DNA of 57,591 bases, taken from assembly GCA_947625895.1 (NCBI GenBank), contig CANQPZ010000003.1, forward strand, positions 1 to 57,591, given 5' to 3'. The position numbers were made by a program, and so were the translations under genes. This document shows, piece by piece, positions 41,880-51,737 of the stretch. The notes beneath the pieces are model-generated. The model ran no database searches. It worked only from the letters and a program-made list of their open reading frames with translations, and was not told the origin of the DNA. Within the stretch, counting starts at the first letter, position 1. Each line of letters starts with the position of its first letter. This stretch comes from an uncultured Clostridia bacterium. Its GTDB lineage: Bacteria; Bacillota; Clostridia; TANB77; CAG-508.

Positions 41880-43382
41880 ATGGAACGAGACTATATCAAG
41901 ATAGCAGAAGAAATTTCAATAACAGGATTTTTTTCAGAATATTTGCCACCATGTTTTAAAATTTCCAAAGAATTTTTTGAAAAAATACCAAATAAAAAGT
42001 GTGATTTAATTAAACCTGTATGCTTTACTATGAGTAGATTTAATGAAAATGAAGCAAGAAGAAATATTTTTATTCCTGAATTCTGTTCTTATGCTGTTTT
42101 AACTAATTTTATAAAAAAACACAACATTATTAAAGAATTAGTTGAATTTTGCGAAAGTGAGGACTCATCATTTTCGCCTATTTTAGATACAGATGGTACA
42201 ATAATGAGACATGAACAAGTATATGATAAAACAAATGAAAAAAATTCAAAATATATTGAAAATATTGTAAAAAAAATTATTAGGTCAAAAGGTGCTAAGA
42301 AAATTTTAAAATTAGATATATCTAACTGCTTTTCGAGTTTTTATATTCATATGATTCCATCAATTCTCTTAGGTTATGAACAAACCGAAAATGAATATAA
42401 CAAATATAAAAAAGATAAAAAAGATTTATCAATAAATCCAGTATATATAAAGTATCAAAAATTAGATGAAGTAGTGCGTAGACAAAATTTAAATCAAACT
42501 AATGGATTGCTAGTTGGTACACAATATTCAAAAATAATTTCTGAAGGCATCTTAACTCGAATTGACATTGAACTAAAAGAAGAAAATATAGTTTTTTCTA
42601 GATATGTCGATGATTATGAAGTATACTTATATGAAGATAATGAAAAAGAAATAATCAGTATTTTTGAAAAGATATTAAAAAAATATGGATTTTCATTAAA
42701 TCATGAAAAAACTGAAATAATAAATTTTCCATATTATGTAGAAGAAAATCTAGAAAAATTATTTAATAGTTTATCAGATAAAAAATTAAATAATTCAGAC
42801 TTAATGAATTTGTTCAACACATTTTTTTCTTTAGAAAAAAATGGAACAAAAGGTGCTATAAGATATCTACTTAAATCTATTGAAACGAACACAATTCATG
42901 TATTAAACTCTGAACTTTATAAATCATATCTTCTAACTATTATAAAAAATAATGAGAGAGCTATTGGAAAAGCATGTTTATTATTAATTGAAAATAAAGA
43001 TACAATGACACTTAATTTAGAAGAGTTAAATTTAATTAATAATTTAATTAAAATTTATATTAAAAATAATTGTGAAATTGAAACAATTTGGCTAATTTAT
43101 TTATTAATTGAAACAAATAATATCAAAAAATGTAAAAAAACAATTGATGTAATCGTTGAAAGTAATAATGAGTTAGCACAAATATTGCTAATACGAAAAT
43201 CTATTGTTAATGATGTCCAAAAAGATATAATTGTAAAAAAGAGTAATTCATGGATTGCATTATATGAATTATATGCAATGGATATTATTGATGAAAGTAC
43301 ATTTATTGAAAAATTATCACTTAATAAAAATTTGGAAATATATAAAATACTTAAAGATAAAAATTTACATTTTATATATTAG
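41880..43382 (+). CDS. Reverse transcriptase of Abi/UG (DRT) type with helical C-terminal region
   Basis: KLDISNCFSS, QTNGLLVG, SRYVDD, LNHEKT; no VTG retron motif and no maturase domain; ends in HFIY. Confidence 0.88.
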   Translation: MERDYIKIAEEISITGFFSEYLPPCFKISKEFFEKIPNKKCDLIKPVCFTMSRFNENEARRNIFIPEFCSYAVLTNFIKKHNIIKELVEFCESEDSSFSPILDTDGTIMRHEQVYDKTNEKNSKYIENIVKKIIRSKGAKKILKLDISNCFSSFYIHMIPSILLGYEQTENEYNKYKKDKKDLSINPVYIKYQKLDEVVRRQNLNQTNGLLVGTQYSKIISEGILTRIDIELKEENIVFSRYVDDYEVYLYEDNEKEIISIFEKILKKYGFSLNHEKTEIINFPYYVEENLEKLFNSLSDKKLNNSDLMNLFNTFFSLEKNGTKGAIRYLLKSIETNTIHVLNSELYKSYLLTIIKNNERAIGKACLLLIENKDTMTLNLEELNLINNLIKIYIKNNCEIETIWLIYLLIETNNIKKCKKTIDVIVESNNELAQILLIRKSIVNDVQKDIIVKKSNSWIALYELYAMDIIDESTFIEKLSLNKNLEIYKILKDKNLHFIY

Positions 43383-43397
43383 TATAAATAAGATAAT

Positions 43398-43432
43398 AAA
43401 AAGCATTATCAGTAACAACTGATAATGCTTTT
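43398..43432. terminator. Bidirectional terminator after the RT
   Basis: AAAAGCATTATCAGT-AACA-ACTGATAATGCTTTT. Confidence 0.8.
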
Positions 43433-43489
43433 ACTATCCAGATTCGAATAGAGCTATCTTGGCGAACCTAAACATTCTAAATCCGAACC
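43433..43489 (-). repeat. att-like cassette junction (site 3)
   Basis: Minus strand: GGTTCGGATTTAGAATGTTTAGGTTCGCCA|AGATAGCTCTATTCGAATCTGGATAGT. Confidence 0.7.
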
Positions 43490-43523
43490 ACATTATATAA
43501 TCAAATTAAATTTTTGTAAAATC

Positions 43524-44414
43524 TTATAGCCATTCTTCTATTATAGCTTTTGGAATATTTAAATTTCCTTTACCAATACCTATTTGAATGTTAGGCTTTT
43601 TATTTCCATGATAATCGCTTCCACCACTAATATATAAATTATTCGTTTTTGCATAATTTAATAGCAATTTTATTTGTTCATCATTTGCTGATGGGTGGTA
43701 ACACTCAATACCATCTAATTCAGTTTCTTTTCTTAAATCATCTATAAATTTAATAGTATAATCAAATTTATATTCAAACGGATGAGCTAGAAATGCTTTT
43801 CCACCTGCTTTATGTATTACATTAATAACATCTTTATATATTGGTTGCTGAGTATTATCACTACCAGTATAATATTCACTCTTTGGATTCATTAATCCTT
43901 TTCTTATAAAAGTATTCAATGATTCAGCAAATTCTCCAAGAATTTCATGATTTTCTTTGTGTTTCATTAGCTCTCTATAAATATATATAGTGATATAATC
44001 TGTTACAGGAATATTTTTTTCTATTTCATTTTCATTATAAACAAGACCTTTTTTATCACATATGTCTAATAATTTTCTTTTTGATTCTTCTTGTTGTTTT
44101 CTCAATATTTTATCTGAAAAGAACTTTTGTGACCAATCTTCTAAAATATTAGGTCTTTTTATATTATAACCTAAAATTTCAATTTTTTTATTTTGAAATG
44201 TTGCATTCATCTCAATACCTTTTATAATTTTACCACTAAAAATGTTATTATTTTTTAGTGCATTATCATTATATGGCATACATGTATTATGGTCTGTTAT
44301 TGAAATATATTCTAATTTTTTTTCTTCACACATTTTTAGAACATCTTCAACAGTTTTATCTCCATCAGAATATAAAGTATGTATATGTAAATCTATCATA
44401 TGTACCCCTTTCAA
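43524..44414 (-). CDS. PHP-domain metal-dependent phosphoesterase (TrpH/YciV-like)
   Basis: DLHIHTLYSDG, ITDHN, LAHP, GGSDYHG; likely start is ATG 44399. Confidence 0.88.
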   Translation of the reverse strand: MKGVHMIDLHIHTLYSDGDKTVEDVLKMCEEKKLEYISITDHNTCMPYNDNALKNNNIFSGKIIKGIEMNATFQNKKIEILGYNIKRPNILEDWSQKFFSDKILRKQQEESKRKLLDICDKKGLVYNENEIEKNIPVTDYITIYIYRELMKHKENHEILGEFAESLNTFIRKGLMNPKSEYYTGSDNTQQPIYKDVINVIHKAGGKAFLAHPFEYKFDYTIKFIDDLRKETELDGIECYHPSANDEQIKLLLNYAKTNNLYISGGSDYHGNKKPNIQIGIGKGNLNIPKAIIEEWL

Positions 44415-44423
44415 TGATTATAC

Positions 44424-44488
44424 AAAAAATCGCTATCCGGGTTTGAATAGCGATGATTTGGTGAACCGAAACTTTCTAAATACGAATC
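44424..44488 (-). repeat. att-like cassette junction (site 2)
   Basis: Minus strand: GATTCGTATTTAGAAAGTTTCGGTTCACCA|AATCATCGCTATTCAAACCCGGATAGCGATTTTTT. Confidence 0.75.
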
Positions 44489-44547
44489 CTATTTATTAAA
44501 AAAATGGAATGATAAATTTTTATTAAAATTTAAAAAAAATAATAAAA

Positions 44548-44606
44548 TTGGTTGACAAAAACCAAATATTATGTTAAACTAAGTATGGTTGGTTATTAAA
44601 AACCAA
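44548..44606 (+). promoter_or_regulatory. SigA promoter with two TTGGTT-N6-AACCAA palindromes
   Basis: TTGACA 44552-44557, 17 bp spacer, TGnTAAACT (-10 at 44575-44580); palindromes at 44548-44565 and 44589-44606. Confidence 0.75.
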
Positions 44607-44623
44607 AAAAAGGAGGAAATAAA

Positions 44624-46336
44624 TTGGATATGTTTTATGAAACTTTGGAAGATTATATATACCAAATATTATGTTGGTATGGAGATACTATATGCTGTGC
44701 AACGCTTGCTCTAACTTTAAAAAGAAATAATGTTGAAAAGATAAAAAATATTCAAGATATAAAGTTTAAAGTTAAAAATTTAAAATCAGAAAAAGATTTA
44801 GATATATATAATATAATTTTTAAACAATCTCTAGAAGAGTTATTAACTGAAGATGATGTCTCTATTGATATTTTAAATAAGTTTTTAAGCTGTTCAGAAA
44901 ATGAATTGATAGAATATGCATTAAATGAAAATCTTCTTACTGATGATGCTCGAGATGATATGTTTGGATATCTTAATTTAAATGAATTGTGTATACAACT
45001 TTTAAATGTGGAAAATTATAAAAAGGTATTATGTATTGATGATATAAGTGGAATTATTCAAAGTAAATTGTTTAATAAATATAATATCAATATTGATACC
45101 TATGAAAATACAGATTGCGAGGAATTTGAGCATATAAAAGAACAAATTATGGATTATAAAAAAATAAGAAAATATATTATACCAAAAAATAGCAATATTT
45201 TAAATACTAATTTATTTACTGAAAATTTTGAATCCAAATATGATTTTGCAATTGCATCTTCATATTCGTTAAAAGAAAATTTAGAAAATTTTCAAGAAGA
45301 TAATGCAAAAAAATCACTTAATGAAATTTTTAATCGTTTAAAAATTTCAAATATAGAAAAACGTATTTCTATTGATTATATAGTTGCATTAAAAATGTTA
45401 GATGCCTTAGATGATAATGGAAGAGGTATAATGATTTTTCACTCTACAGCATTATCTAATATATCTGAAAGAGAGATTAGAAAAGAGTTTATTGAAGGAA
45501 ATTATATTGAAGGAATTATAAAAATTAGATGTACTAGTACAAGTTATTCATTAGTCATTTTTAATAAAAATAAAAAAGATAAAAATATCAAAATATATGA
45601 TGCACAACAAGATTGCCAATATATAGATAAGAGTTATGAATTTAATATAGATAACATTTTAAAAAAATATAATGGTAATTCTACAATAGTAAGATTAGAA
45701 AAAATAATTGAAAACAATTATTCGTTAAATACGAATCTATATTTAGAAATTCCAAATTTTGATGAGGAAGTAAAATTAAAAGAAGTAATTGCTGATTTAT
45801 TTAGAGGATATCAAATTACAAAACAGCAATTAGAAGACATGAAAGTGGGAAATATTAGCGAAGCAAATTATAAACTTTTAGAAATAGGATGTATTAATGA
45901 TGAAGGTGAAATTTTTTCTGATTTAACTATGATAAATTCTAAAGGAAAAAAATTAGATAGATATTTGTTAAAAGATGGAGATATTGTACTTACAGCTAGA
46001 GGAGATAAAATAAAAGTTGCATATATAGAAATAAAAACAAATGAAAGGATTATAGCAAATGGTAGCATTAATGTTATAAGAGTTGACAAGGAAAGAATTA
46101 ATCCTAAATATTTAAAAATATTCTTTGAAAGTGAAATAGGAAAAAGAACTTTAGAAAATATCAAAATTGGTTATACAACGCCATCATTAAATACTGGAGA
46201 CTTAAAAAATATTACAATTCCATGTCCATCCAATTTGTATTCACAAAATGAATTGGCAAAGGAATATGACAAAATTAAAGATAAAATAAAAAATTGTAAA
46301 CAAGATTTATATGAAATAACTAATAAAAGTTTTTAA
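44624..46336 (+). CDS. Degenerate N6-MTase-like fold fused to an HsdS-like TRD
   Basis: GRGIMIF..ALS...EREIRKEFIEGNYIEGII (HsdM-like); RGYQI, LKDGDIVLTARG, INPKYL, SLNTGDLKNITIP (HsdS-like); ASSY in place of NPPY/F. Confidence 0.7.
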   Translation: MDMFYETLEDYIYQILCWYGDTICCATLALTLKRNNVEKIKNIQDIKFKVKNLKSEKDLDIYNIIFKQSLEELLTEDDVSIDILNKFLSCSENELIEYALNENLLTDDARDDMFGYLNLNELCIQLLNVENYKKVLCIDDISGIIQSKLFNKYNINIDTYENTDCEEFEHIKEQIMDYKKIRKYIIPKNSNILNTNLFTENFESKYDFAIASSYSLKENLENFQEDNAKKSLNEIFNRLKISNIEKRISIDYIVALKMLDALDDNGRGIMIFHSTALSNISEREIRKEFIEGNYIEGIIKIRCTSTSYSLVIFNKNKKDKNIKIYDAQQDCQYIDKSYEFNIDNILKKYNGNSTIVRLEKIIENNYSLNTNLYLEIPNFDEEVKLKEVIADLFRGYQITKQQLEDMKVGNISEANYKLLEIGCINDEGEIFSDLTMINSKGKKLDRYLLKDGDIVLTARGDKIKVAYIEIKTNERIIANGSINVIRVDKERINPKYLKIFFESEIGKRTLENIKIGYTTPSLNTGDLKNITIPCPSNLYSQNELAKEYDKIKDKIKNCKQDLYEITNKSF

Positions 46337-46387
46337 TAATATAGAAATTGTTAATATTAATCTTTTGTAAAGGAGTAGATATAAAAA

Positions 46388-47422
46388 ATGAATTTAAAAG
46401 AAGCGGAAGTGTTTTTAAAAGAAGTAAATGAAATATACAAACAAATTCCTAAAAAGGAAAAGACATTTATGCAAATAGCGGGTTACCCACATTATGAAAA
46501 TGTATGTAGTAATATTTTGGCATTTTATTTGAATCCAAACGAAGAACATAGACTAAACAATATAGTATTAACAACACTATTAGGTATAATAAAAGAAAAG
46601 GATGAAAAAGTTAATACTAAAATATCTTTCTCAAATATGTCAATTTTAAGAGAATTTCCAACAGAAAATGGAAATAGAATAGATATTGTTATTCAAAATG
46701 CAGAAATTGCAATTGGAATAGAAAATAAAATTATGGCACAAGTATATAATGATTTAGATGATTATTATAAAACTATTGATAAGCTAAATAAAAATTCAGT
46801 TAAAGTTTTATTGTCATTACATAATGAAACAGAAACAGCTACAAAAAATAAATTTATTAACATTACATATAATGAATTGTTTGAAAAATTAATGGAAAAT
46901 TTATCTGACTATAATGATAAAACAAATAAATGGTATATTTATTTGTTAGATTTTATAAAAAATTTAAAAGGAATAGAGGTAGAAAAAAATATGGAATCAA
47001 TTATAAATGAGTGGATAAAAAATCATCAAGATGATATAAATAATTTTTATGAATTATTAAATATAGCAAAAAGTAGTATAGATAATAAACTAAACGAATA
47101 TGGTACACTTTTAGAAGAAAAATCAAATTATAAAGTAAGATATTGGCATGATAGTGATGTACAATCTGGTACATATATTTTATTAAATGGACTAGGATGT
47201 AATTTAGATGCAGTTTTGACAATGGAAGGATGGAAATTAGGCTTAAATATTTGGAAAAAAATGAATCAAATTAAAATAAAGCAAGCTTTAATAGAAAATG
47301 ATTTTAAAATAATAGAAGAAGCAGATACTCATATTTACTTATTAAAACTAGAATATAGCTGTCAAATAGATGAAGTAGTTAATCAAGCTTTAAAAATATT
47401 AGATATAATATTAAATGTTTAA
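46388..47422 (+). CDS. PD-(D/E)XK nuclease (PDDEXK_4-like)
   Basis: HYENVCSNILAFYLNP, REF, RIDIVI, IGIENKI. Confidence 0.8.
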   Translation: MNLKEAEVFLKEVNEIYKQIPKKEKTFMQIAGYPHYENVCSNILAFYLNPNEEHRLNNIVLTTLLGIIKEKDEKVNTKISFSNMSILREFPTENGNRIDIVIQNAEIAIGIENKIMAQVYNDLDDYYKTIDKLNKNSVKVLLSLHNETETATKNKFINITYNELFEKLMENLSDYNDKTNKWYIYLLDFIKNLKGIEVEKNMESIINEWIKNHQDDINNFYELLNIAKSSIDNKLNEYGTLLEEKSNYKVRYWHDSDVQSGTYILLNGLGCNLDAVLTMEGWKLGLNIWKKMNQIKIKQALIENDFKIIEEADTHIYLLKLEYSCQIDEVVNQALKILDIILNV

Positions 47423-47447
47423 ATATAAGTAATTTAGGGAGAACATT

Positions 47448-48017
47448 ATGGAAAAGAAAAAAATCGATTCAATTAATAAAATAAAAGCTATATTAGGATT
47501 AATTATTTGGATTGCTATAATTGTTTTCTTTGCGTATGTGGGATATGTATATTGCAAAGACAATAATGGTAACGTAATGAAAGGAATTGTATTTGGTGCT
47601 TTATTGCCTTTTATAATACTGATATTAGATCATAAGGAAAGTTTTGGATTTATTGGATTTATTATTATTACATTTTTATATGTTATTATATGTTCATATA
47701 TTCCATTATTTGTAGGAATTATTGCAATGCCATTTGTAATAGTATATTTTATTTTTATTGTATTAGATGAATGTAAAGATGATATAAAGAAATTTGATAA
47801 AAATATAACTGCTAAAAATGAAACACAATATAAAAACGCTTATACTTCAAATAATTGTGAAATTGAAAATAATAACTCTTTTATTCCAAAAGAAGAGTAT
47901 TATTGTGAAAGATGCTTTAAAAAAATTTCAGAAGAAGAGTATGAAATGAATGATTGCATGTGTGAAGACTGCTATGAAGATGTAGTTGTTAATCATCAAG
48001 ATGATATTTTTAAATAA
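47448..48017 (+). CDS. Membrane protein (4 TM) with C-terminal CxxC/CxxC zinc ribbon
   Basis: Hydrophobic N-terminal half; CERC...CEDC. Confidence 0.7.
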   Translation: MEKKKIDSINKIKAILGLIIWIAIIVFFAYVGYVYCKDNNGNVMKGIVFGALLPFIILILDHKESFGFIGFIIITFLYVIICSYIPLFVGIIAMPFVIVYFIFIVLDECKDDIKKFDKNITAKNETQYKNAYTSNNCEIENNNSFIPKEEYYCERCFKKISEEEYEMNDCMCEDCYEDVVVNHQDDIFK

Positions 48018-48038
48018 TAATAATGGAGATGTGTAAAA

Positions 48039-48866
48039 ATGAATGATAAAATAATTAATTTAAAGAAACAATTAAATGAAATTAATTTAAAAATTAATGA
48101 TAAGTTAAATCAAAAAATAGTAGGAATGGTAATTGAACATAAAAAATTTGGTAAAGGTATAATTATTAAACAAAAAGATAATACAATCATTACAAAATTT
48201 GATACAGAAGAAAAAAAGTTACAAATACCATTTGTATTTATAAACAATATAGTTGTTTGTGATAATAAAGAGATTGTGCAAAATATGAAAGAAATTGATG
48301 ATTTGCTAAAAGAAAAAACAGAAATAGAACATTTAATTATATTAGAAGAGCAAAAAATCATATTTATACAAAGTAAAATTAATAAAGGTAATATAGAAAA
48401 TCCTGATTTATTTGTTGTTACTTCTGGAAGTTCTTATGATGATAATGTGGCAATGAATATATACTATTGTAAGGCAGAAAGATGCAGAAAAATTTGTAGG
48501 TATTTAGGTTTATATAAAGATAAAGCAGTAGTAAAAATAGGAGAAATAAAAAAGGTAATTGAAGCCGTCAAAGTTGGAGAAAAATTGCAATATGATTTAA
48601 TATATGGAGAAGATATTCTTGAAGAAGATATAAAGAAAATAGAAAAGTGCATATATAAATCATATGATTTATTTAATGTAGATATATCAAATCAAAGACA
48701 TAAGTATTTCATTGTAGAAAATTTTTATGATACAGATTATAGAAAAACAAGTCCAGGAGGATTAATGGAGCATAAATATTTTGATCTATGCAAAGAATTG
48801 AAGATAAAGGAACTTCCTACAATAAAGGAAATTGCTAGTAATTTAAGAAATATAGAATGGGAATAA
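48039..48866 (+). CDS. Hypothetical protein with an N-terminal SH3/Tudor-like HKKFGKG motif
   Basis: 275 aa; GGAG RBS. Confidence 0.7.
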   Translation: MNDKIINLKKQLNEINLKINDKLNQKIVGMVIEHKKFGKGIIIKQKDNTIITKFDTEEKKLQIPFVFINNIVVCDNKEIVQNMKEIDDLLKEKTEIEHLIILEEQKIIFIQSKINKGNIENPDLFVVTSGSSYDDNVAMNIYYCKAERCRKICRYLGLYKDKAVVKIGEIKKVIEAVKVGEKLQYDLIYGEDILEEDIKKIEKCIYKSYDLFNVDISNQRHKYFIVENFYDTDYRKTSPGGLMEHKYFDLCKELKIKELPTIKEIASNLRNIEWE

Positions 48867-48898
48867 TATATTTTTTATCAATAGTGTCCTTTGCATAC

Positions 48899-48934
48899 AA
48901 AAAAATCGCTATCCGGGTTCGGATAGCGATATCT
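48899..48934 (-). terminator. tRNA trailer hairpin (att right half)
   Basis: AGATATCGCTATCCGAACCCGGATAGCGATTTTTTT on the minus strand. Confidence 0.8.
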
Positions 48935-49011
<77 letters not shown>

Positions 49012-49133
49012 ATGTACTTAAAGACAATAAATATAATAACACAAATAATAATATCTGTCAAGCAAAAAATATTGACAAAATATTAACATTATAATAAGTT
49101 ACAAATATAAAATAAAAAAAGGAGGGTAATAAT

Positions 49134-49645
49134 ATGTCCAGTACTAACACTTTAACACAAGAGCAAACAGCAAAAATAGCAACCTTAAATGAAGATATAA
49201 AAAATTTAACTGCAGAAGAAAAAAATTTGAAACAATGAATACAACAATAGATGTTGCAATTAAAAGATTAACAACAACTAAAATAAATATGACTAAAGCA
49301 TCAGCAGAAGTAATAAAAGGATATAAAAGTAAGACTTCAGCTGAAAGATTAAAACAATTTGGTAATTATACAAAAAAGACAGAAAATAATACATTTATTA
49401 TTGTTGAAAGTTCAAATAAATTAAAAAATCATGAATATGATGAATGGTATAAAAATTATATATCAGGAGATAGTGGTATTTGGGTTGGTAGTGGAGTAGA
49501 AGACCAATACTTAATAAATATAGATTCAAGCGGAAAAGAAATAATTAACAATTGTGGAAGTAGTTTTGGATATATAATAAAAAATAACAATCCAATCTTA
49601 GTAAAACTTTTAGAAATGAAAGATAAAGGTGAAGAAGATGAATAA
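49134..49645 (+). pseudogene. Chimeric T7SS remnant: helical N-terminus joined to an EssC-like C-terminal fragment
   Basis: GGAGG RBS and ATG 49134; break at an A7 run near 49220; C-terminus FIIVES..K...YDEWYK..I....GIWVGSGVEDQ resembles the EssC tail. Confidence 0.5.
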
Positions 49646-49889
49646 AGTATTAGTAAAATTATATGTGCCTATGATGGAAGAACAATATGATATATGGATT
49701 CCTTTAAACAAAAAAATATATAGAGTTATTTATTTATTAGTCAAAATTGTCAATGAATTTAGTGGCGGATATTATAAACCCCAAAAGATGCCATCATTAT
49801 TTAATAAACTAAATGCAAAAGAGTATGATATAAATCTAAGTGTAAAAGATGCAAATATTAGGAATGGAACAGAACTTATACTTATATAA
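49638..49889 (+). CDS. EsaB/YukD-like ubiquitin-fold protein
   Basis: MNKVLVKLYVP..EEQYDIWIP...IRNGTELILI; about 83 aa; coupled to the EssC-like tail. Confidence 0.6.
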   Translation: MNKVLVKLYVPMMEEQYDIWIPLNKKIYRVIYLLVKIVNEFSGGYYKPQKMPSLFNKLNAKEYDINLSVKDANIRNGTELILI

Positions 49890-49982
49890 ATAAAAATACA
49901 TCTCAACTATTAAAAGAAAAATTTAATATGCTGGGATGTATTTTTTATATACATTTTCATATTTAAATACACAAATATAAGT

Positions 49983-50591
49983 TTAAATTATCATACTTAC
50001 AAAACCAAGCAATCCAAAAACAATAAAAATTATATTAGATAAAAATTCAATAAATTGTTCTTTTAAATGATTACCTAAAAATTTACCACAAAAAATAGCA
50101 ATGCAATCGCTAGAAACCATACCAACAATGGATCCTAAAATGAGAGGAATTTTAGAATGTGGATATTGAATACCAAGGCTTAAAGAAGCTAAAAAAGTTT
50201 TATCTCCTAATTCTCCTACTATAATGCATAAGGCAACAATTATAATCGCATTCAATTTTGTATTAGAAAATTTTTTTAATACATTGGATTGATTAAAAGA
50301 GTTTCCTTTTTTTTTCTTAGGTAAAAAACCAAACAAACCAAAAAGTAAGAAAGAAATATAAGTAAATAATTTTAAATAAATTTGAAAATGCTCACTAAAA
50401 AAATAAGAAACTTTGCTTCCAAATAAAATAGCAAATCCATGACTAAAAAAAGTACCAATAGCTACACCTAATAAAATATTTTTAGCTTTATTTTTGGTTG
50501 AGAAAGACAACACTAAAAGTTGTGTTTTATCACCTAATTCAGAAAAAAATACAAGAGTAAATGTAATTAAAAAAGGATAAACCCATTCCAT
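49983..50591 (-). CDS. TMEM165/GDT1 (UPF0016) family transporter
   Basis: Two ELGDKT motifs; 6 TM. Confidence 0.9.
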   Translation of the reverse strand: MEWVYPFLITFTLVFFSELGDKTQLLVLSFSTKNKAKNILLGVAIGTFFSHGFAILFGSKVSYFFSEHFQIYLKLFTYISFLLFGLFGFLPKKKKGNSFNQSNVLKKFSNTKLNAIIIVALCIIVGELGDKTFLASLSLGIQYPHSKIPLILGSIVGMVSSDCIAIFCGKFLGNHLKEQFIEFLSNIIFIVFGLLGFVSMII

Positions 50592-50797
50592 AAAATTATT
50601 CCTTTCTATTCTATGTTAATAAATATTCATGCTGAAACAAAGATATGATAAGTGTAATATAATTATTAAATTTCGAATATTAAAATAGCATATGGATACC
50701 TATTGTAAATTTTTTGTGAAGTACTTTACTTTGAGGGAAGAAAATGATAATATGTTAGGGATAAACCGATTAGAGGATAATAAAGGAGGAATTTTTT

Positions 50798-51736
50798 GTG
50801 ATAGAGGTAAAAAATGTTACAAAAAAGTATGGAAAATTTGTAGCCGTAGATAATATTAGCTTTACCATTCAAGAAGGAGAAATCATAGGACTATTAGGAC
50901 CAAATGGTGCAGGAAAAAGTACAACTATGAACATGATGACAGGTTTTATAGAACAAACAGAAGGCGAAATTATAATTAATGGTTATGACATAGTAAAAAA
51001 ACCTAAAAAGGCGAAAAAAGAAATTGGATATATGCCAGAAGGAGTTCCACTTTATACAGATTTAACAGTAAAAGAATTTGTAACATATATGGCAGAGATA
51101 AAAAAAGTAGAACGAAAAACAAGAAAAGAACAAGTAGAAAAAATCATTGAAAAAACAGGTTTAAAAGATGTAGAAAAAAAATTGATTAAAAATTTATCTA
51201 GAGGATATAAACAAAGAGTAAGTATGGCTGGAGCCTTGGTAGGAGGTCCTAAAATATTAATTTTAGATGAACCAACAGTAGGATTAGATCCAAAACAAAT
51301 TACAGAAATTAGAAGTTTAATAAAAGAACTAGGAAAAACACACACTGTAATTTTAAGTTCACATATTTTGTCAGAAGTTAGCCAAATTTGCAATAAAGTA
51401 ATAATCATTAATAAAGGCAAAATTGTAGCAATTGATACCCCAGAAAACTTAGAAAACAAAGTAAACAATAGTAATACAATTTATTTAACAGTAGAAGATC
51501 CAGAAAATAAAACAGAAATAATTACAAGTCAAATTCAAGAAATAAAGAAAATTGAACTAATAAAAGAAAATGATGATGGAACGAAACAATATATGATAGA
51601 ATCTAATGGAGATACTGATTTAAGAAAAACAATATTTTCACAATTTGCAAAAGAAAATGTTACAATTTTTGAAATGAAAAAGTTGGATACAACCTTAGAA
51701 GATGCATTTATGAAACTAATAGAAGGAGGAAAATAA
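50798..51736 (+). CDS. ABC transporter ATP-binding protein (GldA-like)
   Basis: GPNGAGKST, LSRGYKQR, ILDEPT. Confidence 0.9.
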   Translation: MIEVKNVTKKYGKFVAVDNISFTIQEGEIIGLLGPNGAGKSTTMNMMTGFIEQTEGEIIINGYDIVKKPKKAKKEIGYMPEGVPLYTDLTVKEFVTYMAEIKKVERKTRKEQVEKIIEKTGLKDVEKKLIKNLSRGYKQRVSMAGALVGGPKILILDEPTVGLDPKQITEIRSLIKELGKTHTVILSSHILSEVSQICNKVIIINKGKIVAIDTPENLENKVNNSNTIYLTVEDPENKTEIITSQIQEIKKIELIKENDDGTKQYMIESNGDTDLRKTIFSQFAKENVTIFEMKKLDTTLEDAFMKLIEGGK

Positions 51737-51737
51737 A

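Larger units (their letters stand above)
43460..48934 (-). mobile_element. Tandem integrase-free cassettes downstream of tRNA-Arg(TCT): A 44459-48934 and B 43460-44458; a third, carrying the RT, continues leftward
   Basis: Repeated att-like junctions each ending in CCA, followed by the same trailer as the tRNA. Confidence 0.65.

Noticed and set aside
41696-43382. Retron, group II intron or DGR
   Set aside because: No VTG or NAxxH motifs, no a1/a2 flanking repeat recognised, no maturase or intron domain V, no TR/VR pair
41880-44414. RT plus PHP as a two-component system
   Set aside because: Convergent orientation, separated by a terminator and an att junction, so they belong to different cassettes
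49201-49240. Frameshift as another CGG case
   Set aside because: Occurs at an A7 run, needs a -1 shift and has no CGG; the breaks in 41060-41520 are also non-CGG
50592-50797. yybP-ykoY Mn riboswitch before the TMEM165 gene
   Set aside because: AT-rich divergent promoter region with no recognisable conserved riboswitch motifs
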